In this document: positions 57,013-64,000 of the stretch, in pieces | Layout of the letters: each line of letters begins with the position of its first letter | Position numbering within the stretch: position 1 is the stretch's first letter | From: an uncultured Tateyamaria sp. | Lineage (GTDB): Bacteria > Pseudomonadota > Alphaproteobacteria > Rhodobacterales > Rhodobacteraceae | DNA: 64,000 nucleotides | Reading direction: 5' to 3' | Assembly (NCBI RefSeq): GCF_947494755.1 | Contig: NZ_CANLVZ010000008.1 | Coordinates: 50,739-114,738, forward strand | The notes under the pieces: generated by a model | Told to the model about the DNA's origin: nothing | Seen by the model: the letters and a program-made list of their open reading frames with translations, nothing else | Databases searched by the model: none | Program-made: the position numbers and the translations under genes

Positions 57013-57803
57013 GGCGTCACGAACTTTGCGCCTGTCTGATGGCGTTTCCCGACCAAAACGCGCGAAGACAGCGTATCCTTGCGGGCCGTCATCTCGGCCT
57101 GCAACTGCGCCAGGGGCGCGCCAAGCGAGGTACCGAGGGACACGGCCTCGCCCTCGAACTCGGCCTTGGCGGACACCACGGACACGATATGCACCTGCCC
57201 GTCCTGCATCAGAAAGATCGGCGCGCCGGAACTGCCCGAATCCACGCTGCACGAGGTCACAAGAACACCTTCTTGCTGCGCCATCACGGTGCACAATTCC
57301 TGCAAGGACGGCGCTTCCGAGCGTCCCTTGCCATAGCTCACCACAGCCACCTGCGATCCGCGACGGGGACGTGCGGTGGTTTCAAAAGGGCGAATTTTGC
57401 CGTCGCGAATGGGATGATCCAACTCGAGCAGCGCCAGATCATTGCGCACTCCGTCAGAGTTGACATGGCCCGCATAGGAGTAGTCGGGATGCACCACAGC
57501 GCGGCGCACGGTCCGATAGGCGGAGGCACGGCCATCACGCCAACCGGCAAGAAATTCAACATCCGTGTGGTCGATGCGCGCGCGGGTTTCTTTGTCAAAC
57601 AGGCAATGTGCTGCTGTGAGCACCATGTTCGGCGCAATCAGCGCGCCCGTGCAAAACCCGGTGCCGCCGATATTAAGCCGCCCGACCGCTTCCCACGCTT
57701 TGGCGTCTTCCCCCGTGGACAAGCGGCGCAGGTGCGCATCCTGCGCAAAGGCCGTTGACGTGACCACCAACGCCATAATCGAAAGTGCCATCCAACGGCG
57801 CAT
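57009..57803 (-). CDS. Secreted trypsin-like (S1) serine protease, paralog 2
   Basis: Signal peptide, TAAHC and GSSGAP. 4-nt overlap with paralog 1. Confidence 0.75.
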   Translation of the reverse strand: MRRWMALSIMALVVTSTAFAQDAHLRRLSTGEDAKAWEAVGRLNIGGTGFCTGALIAPNMVLTAAHCLFDKETRARIDHTDVEFLAGWRDGRASAYRTVRRAVVHPDYSYAGHVNSDGVRNDLALLELDHPIRDGKIRPFETTARPRRGSQVAVVSYGKGRSEAPSLQELCTVMAQQEGVLVTSCSVDSGSSGAPIFLMQDGQVHIVSVVSAKAEFEGEAVSLGTSLGAPLAQLQAEMTARKDTLSSRVLVGKRHQTGAKFVTP

Positions 57804-57881
57804 ACACTACCTAACTAAGTCCCGAGGCTTGGACCTACGGTCTAAAAAGCAAAGGGGGCAAAATTAGGGCAGTGCTCAAAT

Positions 57882-59195
57882 TTATCGCAAAATTGGGACA
57901 TCCGATTTGGACCGGTCCAGGGCCGCTGGTCGTGGCCCGCCAGTCGCCCAATCCAGCAGCTCGACCGTATGCACCACCGGCACCCCCGCAGCCGAACCGA
58001 TCTGCATCATGCAGCCGATATTGCCTGCGGCGATAATGTCGGGATTTTTGGCCTCAAGCGTGCGCACTTTGCGCTCTTTCAGTTGCGCTGAGATCTCAGG
58101 CTGCATCAGGTTGTACGTGCCCGCCGATCCACAGCACAGGTGGCTGTCCGCAGGTTCGACGACCTTGAACCCGGCTTTCGTGAGCAAGTCCTTGGGATAG
58201 GTCTTGATCTGCTGGCCGTGCTGCAGCGAACAGGCCGCGTGATAGGCAATTGTCATGTCCTGAGGGGCACCACTTGGCAGGTCCAGCTTCATCAAGACTT
58301 CGCTAACATCCATGGCAATGCCGGCGACGCGCGCCGCATCCTCGGCCAGTGGTTCATTGCGGAACATGTGCCCGTAGTCCTTCACCGTCGTGCCACACCC
58401 GGACGTGTTGATCACAATCGCATCCAACCCGTCACCATCCATCTCGCGCGCCCATGCCGTGATGTTCTTGGCTGCTGTTGCGTGGCTTTCCGCGGTCTTG
58501 CCCATGTGGTGCGTCAGCGCCCCGCAACATCCCGCCCCTTCGGCCACGACAACCTCGCAGCCCAATCGGGTCAGAAGCCGGATGGTGGCATCATTGATGT
58601 CAGTGTTGAGCGCCTTTTGCGCGCAGCCCGTCATCAGCGCCACGCGCATCTTTTTTGCCGCCTTGGGCGCAAATGTCTGCGGGTCATCATTGCGGCTGAC
58701 CGGCGGGATGTGATCAGGGGCCATCTCAAGCATCGCGCGCAGGCGGGCGTCGGGCATCAGCCGCGCGAACGGGCGGCCAATCTTGGCCCCCAGCAATGCC
58801 ACCCGAAACCGCATCGGATAGGGCAGGATCTGGGCCAGCACCCATCGCAGCACGCGGTCCGTGAGCGGGCGTTTATAGCGATCTTCGATATACTCGCGCG
58901 CGTGATCAACCAAATGCATGTAGTGAACCCCGGACGGGCACGTGGTCATGCAAGCCAGACAACTCAGACAACGATCAATGTGTTTGACGACCTTTTCGTC
59001 CGGTTCCCGATCATTTTCGAGCATGTCCTTGATCAGGTAGATACGGCCACGGGGGCTGTCCAATTCATCACCAAGCACCTGATATGTAGGGCAGGTCGCG
59101 GTGCAGAACCCGCAATGCACACAGTTGCGCAGGATTTCGTTTGAGCGTTGGATTGCAGGCTTGGTCAGTTGCTCGGGGCTGAAGTTCGTTTGCAT
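57882..59195 (-). CDS. glcF: Glycolate oxidase iron-sulfur subunit
   Basis: Two ferredoxin-type motifs (CVHCGFCTATCP, CLSCLACMTTCP) plus Cys-rich CCG regions. Confidence 0.9.
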   Translation of the reverse strand: MQTNFSPEQLTKPAIQRSNEILRNCVHCGFCTATCPTYQVLGDELDSPRGRIYLIKDMLENDREPDEKVVKHIDRCLSCLACMTTCPSGVHYMHLVDHAREYIEDRYKRPLTDRVLRWVLAQILPYPMRFRVALLGAKIGRPFARLMPDARLRAMLEMAPDHIPPVSRNDDPQTFAPKAAKKMRVALMTGCAQKALNTDINDATIRLLTRLGCEVVVAEGAGCCGALTHHMGKTAESHATAAKNITAWAREMDGDGLDAIVINTSGCGTTVKDYGHMFRNEPLAEDAARVAGIAMDVSEVLMKLDLPSGAPQDMTIAYHAACSLQHGQQIKTYPKDLLTKAGFKVVEPADSHLCCGSAGTYNLMQPEISAQLKERKVRTLEAKNPDIIAAGNIGCMMQIGSAAGVPVVHTVELLDWATGGPRPAALDRSKSDVPILR

Positions 59196-59196
59196 G

Positions 59197-60315
59197 TCAG
59201 GCCACCATCAAGCCAGGGTTCAAAATACCGCGCGGATCAAAGCGGGCGCGCAGAGCTGCGCTGAGTGTGGCCACTCCCGGGACTTCGGGCTGAAAAACGG
59301 GAACGGCAGCGCGTAAATCATCCGGCCCCTTCATCAGCGTCGCGTGACCACCCAACCGGGCAACCGCCTCTTGCAGAGTGCGGTGGGTCGCCGCGCCGTC
59401 TCCATCACCCTGACCAACCCAGATCAGGCCGCCGCCCCAGTCCATCATGCTCTGGCATCTCTCGGGTAACGCCGCGATCACTGCGGGCCCATCACTCGGC
59501 TTGACCGAAACGCGCCACACCCTCGGCAGGTCATGCAAAGGCACCGCATCCCGCACCCGGGTCCAATCCGCGTCATCCGTCCGCATCACGTCGCCAAAGC
59601 CTCGCAAGGCATCCTGCAAAGACGTCGCACGGTACGCCACCGAACTTGCAAACCCCTCAAGGCGCAACCAAACGGCACCGTCGATCCATGCCGCCCCCGA
59701 AATCTCGAAAGGCGATCCAAGCGCCGCGCTCATCGCAGTAACGGCACGTTCCCGGCTGAGGCCCTCAATCACAAGTGTGGTGGTCGCTTCAACAGCCGGA
59801 AGCACCTTCAGGCTCACCTCGGTCAAGACACCCAAAGTGCCCCATGAGCCGGACATCAACTTCACCAGATCATAGCCGGTGACATTCTTCATCACGCGAC
59901 CACCATTCTTGACCACATTGCCGGCGCCATCGACAAAGCGCACCCCAAGGGCAAAATCGCGCGCAGCACCCGCCTGAATACGGCGCGGACCGCTGGCATT
60001 GGTGGCAACCACGCCCCCAATGGTCGAGGCACCTGCCGTGCCCAAAAGCCCGGTCAGATCATAGGGTTCGAACGCAAGGCGCTGGTTCTCAGCCGCCAAT
60101 GCGGCCTCGATGTCAGCCAAGGGCGTGCCGGCTTGCGCCACGATGGTCAGGGCACCGGGTTCGTATAGCGTGATGCCGGACAGGCCTGACACTTCCAGCA
60201 CGTCGCCTGCCACCGGGCGGCCTACAGCGCGGGTGCCACCGCCGCGCACAACCAATGGGCCTGTCGCGCCCGATACCGCCTCGGCCACATCCGCTTCAGT
60301 TGTCAAAAGGGTCAT
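59197..60315 (-). CDS. glcE: Glycolate oxidase FAD-binding subunit
   Basis: 372 aa, PCMH-type FAD-binding domain. Located between glcD and glcF. Confidence 0.85.
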   Translation of the reverse strand: MTLLTTEADVAEAVSGATGPLVVRGGGTRAVGRPVAGDVLEVSGLSGITLYEPGALTIVAQAGTPLADIEAALAAENQRLAFEPYDLTGLLGTAGASTIGGVVATNASGPRRIQAGAARDFALGVRFVDGAGNVVKNGGRVMKNVTGYDLVKLMSGSWGTLGVLTEVSLKVLPAVEATTTLVIEGLSRERAVTAMSAALGSPFEISGAAWIDGAVWLRLEGFASSVAYRATSLQDALRGFGDVMRTDDADWTRVRDAVPLHDLPRVWRVSVKPSDGPAVIAALPERCQSMMDWGGGLIWVGQGDGDGAATHRTLQEAVARLGGHATLMKGPDDLRAAVPVFQPEVPGVATLSAALRARFDPRGILNPGLMVA

Positions 60316-60354
60316 ATGTTTCTTGTTCCCAAAAATCCGGAAAGGGCTGGCCGC

Positions 60355-61803
60355 TTACTCGGCGGCCAAAGGCGCGCTGCGACGCGGTTGCGATACGGCA
60401 AGCGGAAACACTTTGGCGGGGTTCAGCAGCCACTTGGGGTCAAACACGTCCTTGATCGCCATCTGCGCTTCCAGATCGGAGGGGGCATATTGATAGGTCA
60501 TGAGATCGCGCTTTTCGATGCCAACACCATGCTCTCCGGTCAGGCACCCACCGACCTCGACGCACAACTTCAAAACCTCCGCCCCGAACTCTTCGCAAAT
60601 CTCAAGATCGCCGGGCTTGTTGGCGTCATAACAGATCAGCGGGTGCATATTGCCGTCGCCCGCATGGAACACATTGCCAACCGGCAACCCGTATTTCTGA
60701 GACATCTCGCCAATGCGGCGCAGAACATAAGGCAGCTCGCTGACAGGAATGGTGCCGTCCAGACACATGTAATCACTGACACGGCCAATAGCCGAAAACG
60801 CCGCCTTGCGCCCCGCCCAGATGCGCGCGCTTTCCTCGGGGGATGCGCTTTCGCGCAGCGCAACGGGATCGTGTCGACGGGCAATTTCAGTGATCAGCGC
60901 GAGCTGGTCGTTGATCTCGGTCTCGGCCCCCTCAACTTCGACGATCAGCAAGGCTTCGCACATGGGATAGTCCGCCTTGGCGAAATCCTCGCAGACCTCG
61001 ATCAGCAGCTTGTCCATGAACTCAATGGCGACAGGCAGGACACCGGCCTTGATGATGTCGCCCACACAGGCCCCCGCAATCTCGGCACTGTCAAAACCCA
61101 TCAAGACGGGGCGTGCGCCTTCGGGTTTGTGCAGAATGCGCAAGGTGGCCTCGGTCACGACACCCAACTGCCCTTCGGAGCCGCAAACCACCCCCAGCAG
61201 GTCGAGACCACCCGAATCCAGATGCGCTCCACCAATTTCGACAATGGTCCCGTCCATCTGCACCAAAGTGACACCCATGAGATTGTTGGTTGTCACACCA
61301 TATTTCAAACAATGGGCACCGCCCGAATTCATCGCGATGTTCCCGGCAATTGCACAGGCGAGCTGGCTCGACGGATCCGGGGCGTAAAAGAACCCATCCG
61401 ATTCGACCGCCCCCGTCACGCTCAGATTGGTGCGGCCGGTCTGCACCCGGACAAAGCGGTTGTCATAGTCGGTCTCAAGCACATCGTTCATGCGCGCCAC
61501 GCCCAGGATGACGCAATCGGCGGTGGGCAACGCGCCGCCAGCCAGCGATGTGCCCGACCCACGGGGCACGACAGGCACGCCCTCGGCATGACAAATACGC
61601 AAGACGTCAGACACTTGGGCCGTTGTGCTGGGCAGCACCGCAACCATCGGCGGACAACGGTACGCCGTCAGCGCGTCGCATTCATAGGCGCGGGTTTCCA
61701 TCGGATCATCAATGACCGCATCCGCAGGGAGAACACCGCGCAACCGCTCGACCACGCGCGCCTTGCGGGACAACACATCAGAATCAGGGATTGGCATTTC
61801 CAT
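60355..61803 (-). CDS. glcD: Glycolate oxidase subunit GlcD
   Basis: Start trimmed to MEMPIPDSDVL. FAD-linked oxidase (VVPRGSGTSLAGGA). Confidence 0.9.
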   Translation of the reverse strand: MEMPIPDSDVLSRKARVVERLRGVLPADAVIDDPMETRAYECDALTAYRCPPMVAVLPSTTAQVSDVLRICHAEGVPVVPRGSGTSLAGGALPTADCVILGVARMNDVLETDYDNRFVRVQTGRTNLSVTGAVESDGFFYAPDPSSQLACAIAGNIAMNSGGAHCLKYGVTTNNLMGVTLVQMDGTIVEIGGAHLDSGGLDLLGVVCGSEGQLGVVTEATLRILHKPEGARPVLMGFDSAEIAGACVGDIIKAGVLPVAIEFMDKLLIEVCEDFAKADYPMCEALLIVEVEGAETEINDQLALITEIARRHDPVALRESASPEESARIWAGRKAAFSAIGRVSDYMCLDGTIPVSELPYVLRRIGEMSQKYGLPVGNVFHAGDGNMHPLICYDANKPGDLEICEEFGAEVLKLCVEVGGCLTGEHGVGIEKRDLMTYQYAPSDLEAQMAIKDVFDPKWLLNPAKVFPLAVSQPRRSAPLAAE

Positions 61804-61887
61804 GAATGACCTCCTCAGGATTGGTAAAATAATATGACCAATTTGTGCGGGATGCAATCCTTATCGGTGCGGTGTATGTGCACACCC

Positions 61888-62586
61888 ATGACCTGGATTG
61901 ACCGACTTTCGTTCTTTGACCCGCTGGATTTTGGCGCCCTTGGACTGTTGATCGCGGCTTGGGCCCTGATCGGCTGGCGGATCGAACATCCCGGCGCAAA
62001 ACATCCCTCGACCTCCCTGATCATGGCCGAGTTCCGGCGGGAATGGATGCGTCAGATGATCACGCGTGAACCACGGATTTTCGATGCACAGATCGTGTCG
62101 AACCTACGGCAAGGCACGGCCTTCTTTGCTTCGACCTCAATGATCGCAATCGGCGGCACGCTGGCGGTGATCGGCAACGCTGAACGGCTGACCGGTATCG
62201 CCAACGATCTTGTGCTGATGGATACGCCCGCCTTCGTGTGGGAGGTCAAACTGGTCATCCTCGCACTATTCCTGACCAACGCGTTCCTGAAGTTCGTCTG
62301 GGCCAACCGGCTGTTTGGATACACGGCTGTCGTCATGGCCTCGGTCCCAAACGATATCACAGATGCCAATTGCGGCCCCCGCGCCGCGCAGGCAGGCGAA
62401 TTGAACGTGACGGCCGCCAGGTCCTTCAACCGGGGATTGCGGTCGGTCTATTTCGCCTTGGCCTGTGCCACATGGCTTGCCGGGCCGATCCCGCTGATAA
62501 TCGCGACACTCTTCACCTTGGCGGTGATATGGCGGCGCGAATTTGCATCACAATCGCGTACCATTTTGCTCCGCTCAAAGACATAA
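61888..62586 (+). CDS. DUF599-like membrane protein
   Basis: Start trimmed to MTWIDRLSFFDPLDF. Polytopic. The family name is from memory. Confidence 0.55.
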   Translation: MTWIDRLSFFDPLDFGALGLLIAAWALIGWRIEHPGAKHPSTSLIMAEFRREWMRQMITREPRIFDAQIVSNLRQGTAFFASTSMIAIGGTLAVIGNAERLTGIANDLVLMDTPAFVWEVKLVILALFLTNAFLKFVWANRLFGYTAVVMASVPNDITDANCGPRAAQAGELNVTAARSFNRGLRSVYFALACATWLAGPIPLIIATLFTLAVIWRREFASQSRTILLRSKT

Positions 62587-62623
62587 CGGGACAAGCGTTT
62601 CAAACACCTGTAAACTGCGCCCT

Positions 62624-62980
62624 ATGAACAAATTATTCGCCCTCATACTCGCTGTGATTCCCACATTCGCACTGGCCGAAGAGCCGGTGATCGAAAATGT
62701 CATGGCGGTGCGGACCGGAGCAGACACATACCGGTTCTCTGTCACCATCCGGCACCCCGATACCGGTTGGGACCACTATGCAGATGGCTGGCGCGTGCTG
62801 GACATGGATGGCAATGAACTGGGCGTCCGCGTCCTGTTTCATCCACATGTCAACGAACAACCCTTCACGCGTAGCCTGGATGACGTCAAAGTCCCTGCCG
62901 GCACAACACAAGTGCAAATACAAGCGCGCGATCTGCCCGGCGGCTGGAACGACGGCACAACAATCGTAAACCTGCCCTGA
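62624..62980 (+). CDS. Small secreted protein (118 aa), unknown function
   Basis: Start trimmed to MNKLFALILAVIPTFALA (signal peptide). His-containing motifs RHPDTGWDHYADGW and FHPHVNEQPF. Confidence 0.5.
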   Translation: MNKLFALILAVIPTFALAEEPVIENVMAVRTGADTYRFSVTIRHPDTGWDHYADGWRVLDMDGNELGVRVLFHPHVNEQPFTRSLDDVKVPAGTTQVQIQARDLPGGWNDGTTIVNLP

Positions 62981-63013
62981 TCTGAAACGATCAGAGCAGG
63001 CTCAGTCTGCTTC

Positions 63014-63073
63014 TTCCTTTCGCCAAAAATACCTTGGGGAGTCGCGCAAGCGACGGGGCAAAGCCCCTATAAC
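63014..63073. repeat. About 60-nt structured intergenic repeat, family 2
   Basis: TTCCTTTCGCCAAAAATACCTTGGGGAGTCGCGCAAGCGACGGGGCAAAGCCCCTATAAC. Same order of blocks as the copy at 55506-55565. Confidence 0.75.
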
Positions 63074-63098
63074 ATGGTGTCGCGCAGCGGCCTCGGGA

Positions 63099-63569
63099 TC
63101 AGGTCCGGTGATACGGTGACCCGGCAAGGATGGACGCCGCGCGGTATAACTGTTCCGCCAACATCACCCGGACCAGCATATGGGGCCACACCATCGCGCC
63201 AAATGACAACGCGTGATCCGCATCCGCGCGCAAGGCCGGATCAATCCCATCCGCCCCGCCAATCATAAATGCCACATCCGACCGACCCGCATCGCGCCAA
63301 CCGGCAAGGCGGCGCGCAAAGGCGGTCGAAGCTTCGACCTTGCCGCGTTCGTCAAGACAACAGATCAAGGCACCTTTGGGGATCGCACGGCGCAAGACCT
63401 CGGCCTCACCCGGCATGCCCCCGCCCTTTCGATCCTCAACCTCGACAACGGACAAAGGGCCAAGGCCCAAGGCCCGGCCCGTGCGGTCAAATCGGGTGAC
63501 ATAATCAGAGATCAGCTCGGCCTCGGGCCCGCCACGCAGGCGGCCCACCGCACAGATATGAACGCGCAT
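63099..63569 (-). CDS. rlmH: 23S rRNA (pseudouridine1915-N3)-methyltransferase
   Basis: 156 aa, SPOUT fold, canonical C-terminus ...EQLYRA...GSPYHR. Confidence 0.9.
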   Translation of the reverse strand: MRVHICAVGRLRGGPEAELISDYVTRFDRTGRALGLGPLSVVEVEDRKGGGMPGEAEVLRRAIPKGALICCLDERGKVEASTAFARRLAGWRDAGRSDVAFMIGGADGIDPALRADADHALSFGAMVWPHMLVRVMLAEQLYRAASILAGSPYHRT

Positions 63570-63580
63570 CTAGGGCGCGA

Positions 63581-63940
63581 TCAGTTCGCAGCCGTGCTGG
63601 GCTGCCACATCTTCTCAAGCTGGTAGAACTCGCGCACTTCAGGGCGGAACACATGCACGATCACGTCCCCTGTATCGATCAGGACCCAATCGCCGGTATC
63701 CTTGCCCTCGATCCGCGAGGCATGACCAAACTCGTCCTTGATCCGCTGCACCAGCTTTTCCGAAATCGCAGTGACCTGACGCGACGACCGCCCCGAGCAC
63801 ACGACCATATAGTCGCCAATCTCGGTCTTGCCGCGCAGATTGATCTGCACCACGTCTTCGGCCTTGTCATCGGAAAGTGAGGAGAGAACGGCCTCAAGGA
63901 GCAAATCGCTTGTGGCTTTCGTTTTGGCGTTGGCCGTCAT
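63581..63940 (-). CDS. rsfS: Ribosomal silencing factor
   Basis: Start trimmed to MTANAKTK. ...DYMVVCSGRSSRQV...WVLIDTGDVIVHVF is typical of RsfS. Confidence 0.85.
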   Translation of the reverse strand: MTANAKTKATSDLLLEAVLSSLSDDKAEDVVQINLRGKTEIGDYMVVCSGRSSRQVTAISEKLVQRIKDEFGHASRIEGKDTGDWVLIDTGDVIVHVFRPEVREFYQLEKMWQPSTAAN

Positions 63941-64000
63941 GGCCGCCGCCCCATCAGCGGCGCGCACCGCTTCGGCAGAAATTGACAGGACATTGTCCTC

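Overview
This is a high-GC chromosomal segment. From gene content I infer an alphaproteobacterium, probably Rhodobacteraceae (Roseobacter group). The pointers are PuuD/PuuE-type urate catabolism, GlcDEF, GlnK-AmtB, a DUF1365/DUF3833 lipid-modification cluster and short intergenic REP-like hairpins. I call 68 protein-coding genes. I found no rRNA, tRNA, CRISPR array, transposase or integrase. Most of the window is ordinary housekeeping and catabolism: mutL-rmuC, cytochrome bd oxidase, a purine/urate degradation cluster, an orphan type I secretion ABC/HlyD pair, MlaA/MlaC, a class A PBP, glnK-amtB, tyrB, sseA, smpB, creatinase-like/gabD, hsp20, glcDEF and rlmH-rsfS. The main candidate for something undescribed is a nine-gene, translationally coupled minus-strand operon at 40949-48141. 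It encodes a long coiled-coil protein, four or five tiny hairpin membrane proteins, two large proteins I cannot assign to any family, a classical-clade AAA+ ATPase with a large unknown N-domain, and a DUF1523-like membrane protein. This operon lies divergent from a tetR-pspA-yiaAB module, which carries four perfect TGAAC-N3-GTTCA dyads. Other items worth a second look: a PhyH dioxygenase plus PhnZ-like HD-oxygenase pair, and a low-GC divergent pair of eukaryote-type sulfotransferase and GT14 glycosyltransferase bracketed by REP hairpins. There are also two intergenic repeat families with compensatory stem changes, a lysine-rich low-GC orphan, a sigma32-type promoter with a ROSE-like thermometer before hsp20, and tandem trypsin-like proteases sharing a C-terminal tag. 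All family assignments come from reading motifs by eye and from memory; no searches were run.
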